Source: an uncultured cyanobacterium (GTDB taxonomy: Bacteria > Cyanobacteriota > Cyanobacteriia > Cyanobacteriales > Nostocaceae). From it: a DNA stretch of 64,000 nt. Position numbers and translations under genes: made by a program. The stretch lies in assembly GCA_963740315.1 (NCBI GenBank), contig CAVUDP010000002.1:1920001-1984000 (forward strand), given 5' to 3'. Shown in pieces: positions 1-8,119 of this stretch (position 1 is its first letter; every line of letters begins with the position of its first letter). The notes beneath the pieces are model-generated. The model saw only the letters and a program-made list of their open reading frames with translations, was not told where the DNA came from and did not search any database.

Positions 1-2
1 AA

Positions 3-1178
3 AATACAGAAAGTAGAACATCCGAAATAGTTAGCAATATTAAAACAGTCAAAGCATTTGCCACCGAAGCCAAAGAATTAAAGCGTCAACAAGAACGTTT
101 TGAACGCGAATCAAAGGTAGTGGTATATCGCATCCACAAAGGTTATGTAAAACTAAATACCTGGCAAAAAAGTTTAATTCAGTTTTGCGTATTCATGGTG
201 CTTGGTTTAACTTTAGCTGCAACTATCGACGGTAGAATTAGCTTGGGTCATTTCATCATGACCTTAACTTTATCGAGCATGGCATATGCTGAATTAGAGC
301 CGATCGGCATCCTTGCAGAGATATTTGCTCGTCGTTACAGTTCCATGTTGAGGTTTCACGAATTTCTACAAGAACCATCGGGAGTTGATTCTGAGGGGCT
401 TTTGGAAAGTCGAAAACCGGAGAAATCCTATGATTTTACGGGTAAAGTTGAATTTTCTCATCTAAGTTTCGGTTACGAATCCAGCAGACGGATTTTGCAC
501 GATATTAATCTGCTAATCGAACCATATCAAACAGTAGCATTAGTAGGACGTAGCGGTTCGGGTAAATCCACATTAGTAAAACTGCTGTTTCGTTACTTTG
601 AGCCGCATGAAGGGAAAATACTGATTGATGGTGAAGACATCCGCAACTTGAATGTTGGAGAATATCGGAGAAGATTGGCGATCGTTCACCAAGAAGTAGA
701 TATTTTCAACGGTACGGTTTTAGATAACTTGACTTACGGAAACGAAAACGCGAGTTTTGCGGAAGTAGAAGAAGCCTGTAGAATCGCCAAACTCGACGAA
801 GTGATTAGTTTATTACCCGAAGGTTACTATACCGTAGTCGGAGAGCGTGGGGTTAGGTTATCTGGTGGACAAAGACAGCGAGTTGGAATAGCCAGAGCCT
901 TGTTAGTAAATCCCGACGTACTCGTATTTGACGAAGCCACATCCAGCTTAGACTACGAATCCGAGCGATCGATCCAATTAGCAATGCGTTCAATTCAAGG
1001 AACCCGCACCACCATAGTCATCGCTCACCGACTGAGTACCGTTAGAGAAGCCGATAAGATTGTCGTCTTAGATAACGGCAGAATCGTAGAAATAGGCAGC
1101 CACGACGAACTGTTACAAGAACAAGGGATTTATAAGAGATTGCATTCGTTGCAAGAAACTGGAGAGCTTCTCAGTTAA
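3..1178 (+). CDS. ABC transporter permease/ATP-binding fusion (exporter type), 5'-truncated by window edge
   Basis: Frame open from position 3; Walker A GRSGSGKST, signature LSGGQRQR, Walker B LVFDEATSSLD, H-loop IAHRL. Confidence 0.95.
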   Translation, partial: NTESRTSEIVSNIKTVKAFATEAKELKRQQERFERESKVVVYRIHKGYVKLNTWQKSLIQFCVFMVLGLTLAATIDGRISLGHFIMTLTLSSMAYAELEPIGILAEIFARRYSSMLRFHEFLQEPSGVDSEGLLESRKPEKSYDFTGKVEFSHLSFGYESSRRILHDINLLIEPYQTVALVGRSGSGKSTLVKLLFRYFEPHEGKILIDGEDIRNLNVGEYRRRLAIVHQEVDIFNGTVLDNLTYGNENASFAEVEEACRIAKLDEVISLLPEGYYTVVGERGVRLSGGQRQRVGIARALLVNPDVLVFDEATSSLDYESERSIQLAMRSIQGTRTTIVIAHRLSTVREADKIVVLDNGRIVEIGSHDELLQEQGIYKRLHSLQETGELLS

Positions 1179-1337
1179 CAGTGAGCAGTGAGCAGTTAGC
1201 AGTTAGGAATTGGGGATTGGGTATGGGGAACAATGAGAAGTATATGAAGCGATCGGGAGCAAAATAAATAAATAACGAGCAAGATGTATGTCCTTGCGGA
1301 CACGCTGCGAAGGCAGCACTACAAATAATTTCATAAT

Positions 1338-1406
1338 TCCCCATCTCCCCATCTCCCCATCTCCCCCTCTCCCCCTCTCCCCCTCTCCCCATTCCCCATT
1401 ACCCAT
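1338..1406. repeat. Short tandem repeat (STRR) (TCCCCATC/TCCCCCTC)n
   Basis: Visible 8-mer/7-mer tandem units. Confidence 0.9.
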
Positions 1407-1443
1407 GCTCCATAAGCATTTCAAGAGTTTATCAAAAAAAACT

Positions 1444-1472
1444 TTGGCATTTCCCAGAGCTTGTGATACTAT
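1444..1472 (+). promoter_or_regulatory. Sigma70-type promoter of the tRNA pair
   Basis: TTGGCA (1444-1449), 17 nt spacer, TACTAT (1467-1472) with a TGn extension, 20 nt before tRNA-Tyr. Confidence 0.65.
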
Positions 1473-1492
1473 TAGTAATCGTGAGACGACAT

Positions 1493-1574
1493 GGGTCGGT
1501 GTCCGAGTGGTTAATGGAGGCGGACTGTAAATCCGCTGGCTTCGCCTACGCTGGTTCAAATCCAGCTCGGCCCA
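1493..1574 (+). tRNA. tRNA-Tyr (GTA)
   Basis: Acceptor GGGTCGG/TCGGCCC, anticodon arm GCGGA-CTGTAAA-TCCGC, long variable arm, T-loop GGTTCAAATCC. Confidence 0.97.
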
Positions 1575-1638
1575 TCTCACTTCTAGATTTTGGATTTTCT
1601 TGATAATAGTCCAAAGTCTAGAAACAAAGATTTTTTTT

Positions 1639-1710
1639 GCCGATGTAGCTCAGTGGTAGAGCACACCCTTGGTAAGGGTGAGGTCACGAGTTCGACTCTC
1701 GTCATCGGCT
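1639..1710 (+). tRNA. tRNA-Thr (GGT)
   Basis: Acceptor GCCGATG/CATCGGC, anticodon arm ACCC-TTGGTAA-GGGT, T-loop GTTCGAC. Confidence 0.97.
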
Positions 1711-1756
1711 TATTTGATTTTAGATTTTAGATTTTGGATTGCCCTTCGGTTGAAAG

Positions 1757-1942
1757 CTAGTACAGACGGGCGTTACGAGGGTACCCATATAATAACCGGA
1801 CTTTTAGACCACAAGAAGACACTTGAGGCTCCGGTATATAAGTCGGGTTTTTAGAAAATTTGTAAGTGTATTACAGATACGTATTCTAAAAACCCGACTT
1901 CTGACCATTATGAAAATGGGTACGCTATTTAAGCCGTTTTGT
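1757..1942 (+). mobile_element. ~185 bp MITE-like element, copy 1
   Basis: Homologous to 33582-33774 (+) and 31090-31239 (-); starts at CTAG; imperfect terminal IRs (...GTACCCA / TGGGTAC...); internal IR AAGTCGGGTTTTTAG...CTAAAAACCCGACTT. Confidence 0.75.
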
Positions 1943-1984
1943 TTGAACAAGCGGAAGCGATTATAGCTGTTTTGGAGGAGCAAA

Positions 1985-2194
1985 ATGGATAGAGAAGAAG
2001 CGCAAAATTTAGCGAATGATGCTAAAAACTTGAGTCAGCAAGGATTAGAGTTGATTCAGCAAGGAAAATATCGCGAGGGACATAATTTAATACGTCAAGC
2101 TGTGGAAGCTGGTAGAAAATGCCGAAAGTTTTTGGAACAGCCAAAAATAGAAAGAGGTTTGGGAATACTTGAACAAATGCATGAACAAGGTTGA
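1985..2194 (+). CDS. Small helical hypothetical protein (69 aa)
   Basis: GGAGGAG RBS upstream, ATG start, followed by a hairpin + T-run near 2214-2240. Confidence 0.75.
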   Translation: MDREEAQNLANDAKNLSQQGLELIQQGKYREGHNLIRQAVEAGRKCRKFLEQPKIERGLGILEQMHEQG

Positions 2195-2477
2195 GAATAC
2201 TAAAGATAATTTTAGCCTCCGGTGATGGGGGTTATTTTTTGCTTTTCCTTGTATGTGTAGTAAACTCTGTGATGCAAATATGCTTTCAGATTTTTTAAAA
2301 GGTGTTAAGGCTTGAAGTACGGTAGTTAGATTTGAAGATAGCGATCGCACTTGCCTTCTGTAAAGCCGTGATTTTCTAATGATTAGATAGATTTATAAAT
2401 TAGTAGTAACGTGAATAAAGTAAACCAATTAGCAACTTTTACCTGTATTATTTTAGCCAAACTTTTTAGTAAAAGCT

Positions 2478-3353
2478 GTGAGCCTTATTCTTCAAGTTCC
2501 CACCGTTAACGATAATTTAAAAGACTTCGAGCGGCTTTTCCAGTTATGGCAAAAAGTTGAAAACGAAGCAACAGAAATAATATTCGATTTTTCTCAATGT
2601 TGGTTTTTACGACCAAATGCCGTTGCTTTTTTAGGTGGTTTAATCCGCTTAATTCAAAGTAAAGGCGGAAAAATTACATTTAAATGGGCTACTCTTCATA
2701 AGAAAGTAAGAAGAAATCTAGAACAAAATGGTTTCATGTATGTTTTTGGGGACGATAAAGAACCTTGGCAAGGTAACTCCATTCCTTATAGAGAAGATCC
2801 ATATCAAAACAAAGATAGTTTAGTTGACTACCTAACGGAACAATGGTTAGGTAGAGACTGGATTCATATAGGTCAGATTTTACAAAGTATTATTGTAGGA
2901 ACAACGCTAGAAATTTATGCTAATGCTTTTGAACACGGGCAAACAGAGATTGGCGTGTTTAGTTGCGGACAGCACTATCCCAATTTAGGCGAACTCAAAC
3001 TAACGGTAGTTGATTTTGGGGTGGGAATTCCTCATAATGTACGTAACTTCCAAAGAAACCCTAATCTACCAGCAGATAAAGCGCTCAAATGGGCTTTTCA
3101 ACCAGGTACAACTACTAGAAAGGGCAATGTAACGGGTGGTATTGGTCTTGAGAGTTTAAAAAGGTTTGTTCAGATAAACAAAGGAAAACTTGAAATTTTC
3201 AGTCATGATGGATATGTCATAATTGATAAACAACAAGAAACTTATAATAATTTGTCTAGTTTTTTCGGAGGTACGCTGGTTAACATCACACTTTCATGTG
3301 ATGAGTCTTATTACTTGTTGACCTTTGAGCCAGATGACGAGCCACTATTTTAA
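2478..3353 (+). CDS. N-terminal STAS-like domain + HATPase_c (anti-sigma/Ser-kinase-like GHKL ATPase)
   Basis: N-box LEIYANAFEHG, G1 VVDFGVGIP, G2 GGIGL, G3 GGTLVNITL; no H-box; N-terminal IIFDFSQCWFL resembles STAS. Confidence 0.85.
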   Translation: MSLILQVPTVNDNLKDFERLFQLWQKVENEATEIIFDFSQCWFLRPNAVAFLGGLIRLIQSKGGKITFKWATLHKKVRRNLEQNGFMYVFGDDKEPWQGNSIPYREDPYQNKDSLVDYLTEQWLGRDWIHIGQILQSIIVGTTLEIYANAFEHGQTEIGVFSCGQHYPNLGELKLTVVDFGVGIPHNVRNFQRNPNLPADKALKWAFQPGTTTRKGNVTGGIGLESLKRFVQINKGKLEIFSHDGYVIIDKQQETYNNLSSFFGGTLVNITLSCDESYYLLTFEPDDEPLF

Positions 3354-3368
3354 GGGAAGATTTAGACG

Positions 3369-3716
3369 ATGAAATACGAAATCCTCACCCTAATAGGCAA
3401 AAACTGCATTACACCTGAAGATGGTCAAAAGGTGTATGAATTGGCTCATGCAGAATTGTTAGCAGAGCAACCTATAGAATTAGACTTTGCTGAAGTCAAG
3501 ATTTTTGCTTCCCCATTCTTTAATTTTGCGATTGGACAACTTTTAAAAGATATTCAACCAGAAAGCCTTAATCGTCTTCTAAAAATTACCAACTTGAATC
3601 CAGTTGGTAAGCAAATACTCAGACGAGTTATCGAGAATTCAAAGCTGTATTACTCGGACGAAAATAACCGTAAAGCAGTAGACGAAGCGTTGAGCGAACA
3701 AGCTGAGAGTGCTTAA
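3369..3716 (+). CDS. STAS-like protein (DUF4325-type)
   Basis: IELDFAEVKIFASPFFNFAIGQL motif, 115 aa, directly after the HATPase gene. Confidence 0.8.
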   Translation: MKYEILTLIGKNCITPEDGQKVYELAHAELLAEQPIELDFAEVKIFASPFFNFAIGQLLKDIQPESLNRLLKITNLNPVGKQILRRVIENSKLYYSDENNRKAVDEALSEQAESA

Positions 3717-4279
3717 TGGTAAGCTATACAGTAAGAGCGAAAGTAGTTGATATTCGTTCTGATACGCCTAAAAAAGAAGATACTTTTCTAGTAGATACCA
3801 ATGTTTGGTACTGGCTTACTTATACAAAAGCAAGCACTACTGCTTTGTTGCCTAAGATAAATCATTATTCTTCATTTTTTTCCAAAGCACTAAATGCGGA
3901 ATCTTTTCTTTTATACAATGCTCTTTCTCTTGCAGAGTTAGCACATAACATCGAGAAAACAGAAAGAAGAATATTTTCCTCAACAATAAAACCGAAAGAA
4001 TACCGTCACGATCATTCAGCAGAAAGAACTACAGTTTTTAACGAATTAGAAGCAGCTTGGAGTCAGGTTACATCAATTGCAGTATGTACGGATATATTAG
4101 TTAACGAAGCTACAGCAAATGCCGCTCTCAAAAGATTTGAAACTCAATTGCTTGACGGCTACGACTTGCTTATACTAGAAGCAATGGACAAAGCAGGAGT
4201 AAAGCAAATAATTACTGATGACGGTGATTATGTAAACGTTTCAGGGATTACAGTTTTTACAGCTAATAATAGTGCGTAA
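3716..4279 (+). CDS. PIN-domain ribonuclease; C-terminus apparently truncated by a 27-bp insertion (ancestral end 4345)
   Basis: FLVDTNVW, LAEL, LDGYDLLI, IITDDGDY acidic PIN residues; start overlaps the upstream stop (TAATG). Confidence 0.85.
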   Translation: MVSYTVRAKVVDIRSDTPKKEDTFLVDTNVWYWLTYTKASTTALLPKINHYSSFFSKALNAESFLLYNALSLAELAHNIEKTERRIFSSTIKPKEYRHDHSAERTTVFNELEAAWSQVTSIAVCTDILVNEATANAALKRFETQLLDGYDLLILEAMDKAGVKQIITDDGDYVNVSGITVFTANNSA

Positions 4280-4303
4280 TGCCGAAGGCATCAAGCTTCG
4301 CTT
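4277..4303. mobile_element. 27-bp small dispersed repeat inserted in a HIP1 site (GCG^ATCGC)
   Basis: GCG-[TAATGCCGAAGGCATCAAGCTTCGCTT]-ATCGC; two mini-hairpins TGCC-GAA-GGCA and AAGC-TTC-GCTT. Confidence 0.75.
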
Positions 4304-4430
4304 ATCGCTGCTGCAACAAGTCAAGGAAAGCTATTAGTAAGGTAAAAGTACATTGTTTGTAGTATTTATTTTACAAAATATCTTTGTACAATATGTATTT
4401 AATATAAAAACCTAAAAATAGGACAAAACA

Positions 4431-4736
4431 ATGCAATCAGACTACTTTAACTTTCTTGCTCCCAATGACATTCGTCTCAAAGGTTCTCGTATTGGTATAG
4501 AAACGATTTTAGATGAATACATTTATCGTCGTCATTTCCCAGAAGCGATCGCCGAAACTTATCCAAGTCTTACCTTAGAACAAGTTTACGCCACTATACT
4601 TTATTAACTGCATAATCAAGAGTCAGTTACTCAATATATGGCAGACTGGCTAAAATACTGCCAAAAATCTGTAACACAGCAAGATGAAAATCCACCCGAA
4701 TATATTTTGAGATTGCGTCAAGTGAAAGCCGCTTAA
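4431..4736 (+). pseudogene. DUF433-family antitoxin-like gene with internal stop
   Basis: MQSDYFNFLAPNDIRLKGSRIGIETIL...YPSLTLEQVYATILY*LHNQE...; in-frame TAA at 4605-4607; not in ORF track. Confidence 0.8.
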
Positions 4737-4782
4737 AGAGGCATGGTTTCATAAGAATTAAGTATTTAATTAAATTCAATTC

Positions 4783-5178
4783 CTACTTCCAAGCTTTAAC
4801 TTTCCCATCTTTATGAACTTTTGCGATAAAAGGTGCTGGTGTCTTTTTAAAAAAGCGCTTCATCGAAGGTACTGCTTGAGCAAATATCTCTGCCATTTCG
4901 CTACCGGATAAATTACCCGAAACTAAGACGAACATACAAGCACCGGAATTTTGAACAGCCATCATTTCTAAACGTCGATGGGCAATTTTTTTATCCGCAG
5001 TTAAAATTATCCAACCCTTAGATGCTACTACAGGCAACCAATCTGTATCGGGCGTTGCTTAGTTAAAATGGTCGTCGTGAATCTCAACTAATTCACCTAT
5101 ATCTATTAAAGCATTAACAACATGAGTTTTTCCCAAAGAACGATCGATAAAAAATACAATTTTAGCTTCTTTACTCAT
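4783..5178 (-). pseudogene. VapC45-like PIN toxin with internal stop
   Basis: ATG at 5178 overlaps the upstream TGA; MSKEAKIVFFIDRSLG...IHDDHFN*ATPDTDWLPVVASKGWIILTADKKI; TAA at 5061-5059. Confidence 0.8.
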
Positions 5179-5876
5179 GCAGCCAATGCTAATTCATAAC
5201 GGATAGCTTCTTCTACTTTCAAGCGATCGCACTTATAATCTAGTGCTAAATCATCAATTGATTCCCCAGCACCATACCTTCCCGCTAAAATACTAGTTGG
5301 TACTCCCGTTCCTTCTAAAACAGGTTGTCCAAAGGATACCAACGGATTTATAACAATCAACTTTGGTGTTGCGGTTTCTTTTGTGCGAGTAAAAGGATAA
5401 AGTATAGTCGGTAAATCATCTTCATCCCATTCAATTCGTTTTAAATAAATTTGCACAATTTCTGGTATGACTAACTGTCCGCTTTTTGAAGCATTTACCA
5501 AATATCCCAACTGTTCAATAAATAAATCTATTCCATCGGTATAAAGCTTTTTATTAGCAAGAGGATGTTGCATTCCCGTGTGGCTTTGAAGATATGAAAC
5601 TCCTTGTCTAACTTTTTCTAAAGGTAGTTTATGATAGCGCCGAATAGCATTAAGAACGTGTAATTCTATCAAATTAGTGAAAGACAATAATCGTTCATCT
5701 GGCTCTGGAATAGTAATAATTGGCTCGAAACGTTTTGAACCGGATTTAGTTCGATATCGAGCGCCAAATACCCAAGAACGCACGGTAGAATATGGTACGC
5801 GCAAATGGTGTACCGCTTCTGCTACGCTATAAGTCCCAATGTTGCGGGGATCTTTACCTTGATAAAGGTTGCTCAA
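5175..5876 (-). CDS. HTH + DUF433 antitoxin (VapB45-like)
   Basis: N-terminal YSVAEAVHHLRVPYSTVRSW HTH; LSFTNLIE; C-terminal INPLVSFGQPVLEGTGVPT...GESIDDLALDY DUF433. Confidence 0.85.
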   Translation of the reverse strand: MSNLYQGKDPRNIGTYSVAEAVHHLRVPYSTVRSWVFGARYRTKSGSKRFEPIITIPEPDERLLSFTNLIELHVLNAIRRYHKLPLEKVRQGVSYLQSHTGMQHPLANKKLYTDGIDLFIEQLGYLVNASKSGQLVIPEIVQIYLKRIEWDEDDLPTILYPFTRTKETATPKLIVINPLVSFGQPVLEGTGVPTSILAGRYGAGESIDDLALDYKCDRLKVEEAIRYELALAA

Positions 5877-5935
5877 TAGTCAATCTCCATCTAACCGTTA
5901 TATTTTTTATTTTAAAGCTTAATTGTTGCTTTAAC

Positions 5936-6550
5936 TCAAAATTCAACATCATCAATCAGTACTTCCAAAGCCGACTCTTGATTATCTGCCGATAAATTAT
6001 CAAATACTTTATTTAATACATCTGGAGATACATTTTTAACAAACCAATCATCGCTAGGATTTTCTTGAATATCTAAAAAATATTTTAGACGTTCTTCTAT
6101 AGCTTGCTTATCCGGTTTATCTAATTGTCCAATTCTATTTAACCAGTTTCCCTTGGCATCTTTAAAACAGTTGGCATCAATAGTAAAAATGTGGTGAACT
6201 AAAGCAAAAGATTGTTTATTAAATCCATTTCGATTTGTGGGATTAATTGGATAAGCTGTTGGTAAACCTTTATCTCTTTCTCGCATAGCAAAAGTTAAAG
6301 GAATTGCGGTAAAAGTATCTATATAATTGACACCATTTTTAAATTTATCGGATGTCCAAATAATATAAGGCTGTTCTCTACGAAACACCATACTGTAATT
6401 AATTATTTGCCTGCAAGAAGCTGTTTTACAGGAAATTTTATCGGATTCCTCTAAATTATAAATGTGAATATGACCGAGTTTACAACGAAGAAATACGCGG
6501 TAGGGATTTATTAAATATATCCAACCTTGTCTAGGTTTGTTTCCAGCCAC
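5936..6550 (-). CDS. PemK/MazF-like toxin with Cys/His-rich insert
   Basis: PRQGWIYLIN, TAIPLT, YPINPTNRNGFNKQSFALVHHIFTID, RIGQLD pattern; downstream of the Panacea gene. Confidence 0.7.
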   Translation of the reverse strand: MAGNKPRQGWIYLINPYRVFLRCKLGHIHIYNLEESDKISCKTASCRQIINYSMVFRREQPYIIWTSDKFKNGVNYIDTFTAIPLTFAMRERDKGLPTAYPINPTNRNGFNKQSFALVHHIFTIDANCFKDAKGNWLNRIGQLDKPDKQAIEERLKYFLDIQENPSDDWFVKNVSPDVLNKVFDNLSADNQESALEVLIDDVEF

Positions 6551-6559
6551 TTGATAATC

Positions 6560-7039
6560 CTAATTCAATTCACCGATTAATTTTTTTCTTTCTAACTGTA
6601 AATTAAGTTTAACTTTTTCTTCTGGTTTATTCTCTTTAACCTCAGCCATTGGAGCAGTACTATACACATAATCTGATAACTGCATCATTTTATCTTGCCC
6701 AGTACCAGCCCATTCTCTTCTAATATTATTAAGCATCAACTTTAAACTTACAGGTAATTGTAGATCGTCGATATTTCCTGCTTTCACACCAAGTTTAATA
6801 AACGTTGTATTAAATTCGGTTTCTATACTAATTTCTTTGCCATTCATTTTATCTAAAGCAGCGTTTATATCTTCATGCCAAGGACCTAAATGATAATAAT
6901 ACCAATCTAATTGAGTAAGTTGTTTTCCCGTCCATTTCACTGCATAAAGGTCAGCTAAATACAAAAACCGGATCAGTTGTATTTTGGTAGCATGACCTTT
7001 TGTTGCGTATGCAAAGTATTTTATAAGTTTGTCTAACAT
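6560..7039 (-). CDS. Panacea (DUF4065/SocA-like) antitoxin
   Basis: TKIQLIRFLYLADLY...WTGKQLT...WYYYHLGPW motif. Confidence 0.8.
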   Translation of the reverse strand: MLDKLIKYFAYATKGHATKIQLIRFLYLADLYAVKWTGKQLTQLDWYYYHLGPWHEDINAALDKMNGKEISIETEFNTTFIKLGVKAGNIDDLQLPVSLKLMLNNIRREWAGTGQDKMMQLSDYVYSTAPMAEVKENKPEEKVKLNLQLERKKLIGELN

Positions 7040-7108
7040 CGCTTTTAGCTATGCATTATAAAATTTACCATGATAGTTTAAAAGTCGTAAGTTGACTTAA
7101 TCGATTAA

Positions 7109-7507
7109 TCAAATAAATAACCCAGCATCAGTATTAAAAAAATTGCCTAAAGCTTTTGCTTGTGCTTTGCTAATTTCTCGCTTACCATTGATAATTTCCG
7201 ATACTACACCACTAGAACCAATTACATCAATCAAATCAGCTTGTTTCAAACCACGAACTTCCATCAAATGCAGAAGCATCGACAATGGAGTTGTTTCACC
7301 CATCGGATATGCATCATTTTCATATTTTTCTATTAATGCAATCAATAATTCATATAAAGCTGATTCTTCCGAAGTTCTATTAGTTCTGTGTGCTAGTTCC
7401 TCCGCTATTGCTATTGCTTGTTCATTTTCTGCGTCATTTGTAATTACTTTCGGTTGGTATTTAGCTAACAACTGAGCGTAAGTTTCTCGATTAAAAGTAA
7501 GGGTCAT
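7109..7507 (-). CDS. higA: HigA-type HTH antitoxin
   Basis: LIEKYE motif; LLHLMEVRGLKQADL...VSEIINGKREISK HTH. Confidence 0.9.
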   Translation of the reverse strand: MTLTFNRETYAQLLAKYQPKVITNDAENEQAIAIAEELAHRTNRTSEESALYELLIALIEKYENDAYPMGETTPLSMLLHLMEVRGLKQADLIDVIGSSGVVSEIINGKREISKAQAKALGNFFNTDAGLFI

Positions 7508-7790
7508 TTTTCCACTTGTCTTTATCGTATTCGGCGTGAGTTAAAATATATTTTACAAAAATCGTCTGGTCTGCATATACAATATCTACAATCAGTCGAT
7601 ATGTATTACCTTTGATATTGAAAACAGTCAAATTCCCTACTGATTCAGCAGTGGAATATACTGCTTGCACCTCGATTAAATTAGTCCATTTTGCCTTACT
7701 AGCAAATTTATACCAATTATTTAAAGTTTCGTAGGAATCGGGATGAGTACCCCAAAATTCCCGAAGTTTTTTACGACTAATTATATGCAT
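7491..7790 (-). CDS. higB: HigB-type mRNA interferase toxin
   Basis: MHIISRKKLREFW...VFNIKGNTYRLI...ILTHAEYDK; toxin-first order overlapping higA. Confidence 0.92.
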   Translation of the reverse strand: MHIISRKKLREFWGTHPDSYETLNNWYKFASKAKWTNLIEVQAVYSTAESVGNLTVFNIKGNTYRLIVDIVYADQTIFVKYILTHAEYDKDKWKNDPYF

Positions 7791-7814
7791 CCTAATTTAT
7801 TTATCTCCAAACTA

Positions 7815-7842
7815 TGCTCTCAAAATGAGAGCAAGCTGTCAA
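7815..7842 (-). promoter_or_regulatory. Palindromic operator upstream of higB
   Basis: Perfect IR TGCTCTCA-AAA-TGAGAGCA (7815-7833) next to TTGACA on the minus strand (7842-7837). Confidence 0.6.
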
Positions 7843-7875
7843 GTATAAGTTTTAGGAAGGTTTATATCACTAGTC

Positions 7876-8085
7876 GTAGGTTGGGTTAGACACGAGCAGG
7901 CAATTTGAATTGTTACGAGAACTTATATTTTCCTGTAGTAACCTAACATCGTAAATGTGGATAAGCAAGATTATTTTTGATTGTATGTAGAATGTTGGAA
8001 AATACCAACAAATTGATATTGGGTTACAACGATGCAGATTATTTTGATGCAAAGATAATTCCGAAATGCGTCTAACCCAACCTAC
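7876..8085. repeat. GTAG-type REP-like composite palindrome
   Basis: Ends GTAGGTTGGGTTAGAC / GTCTAACCCAACCTAC; relatives at 41292, 41499, 46612. Confidence 0.8.
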
Positions 8086-8119
8086 AAACTGTTAACTGCT
8101 CACTGCTCACTGCTCACTG

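Noticed and set aside
1203..1854. ORFs 1203-1580, 1288-1530 and 1669-1854
   Set aside because: Overlap tRNA genes, STRR and the MITE
1639..8100. tRNA-integrated prophage or ICE
   Set aside because: No integrase, phage genes or duplicated tRNA 3' end (att) found
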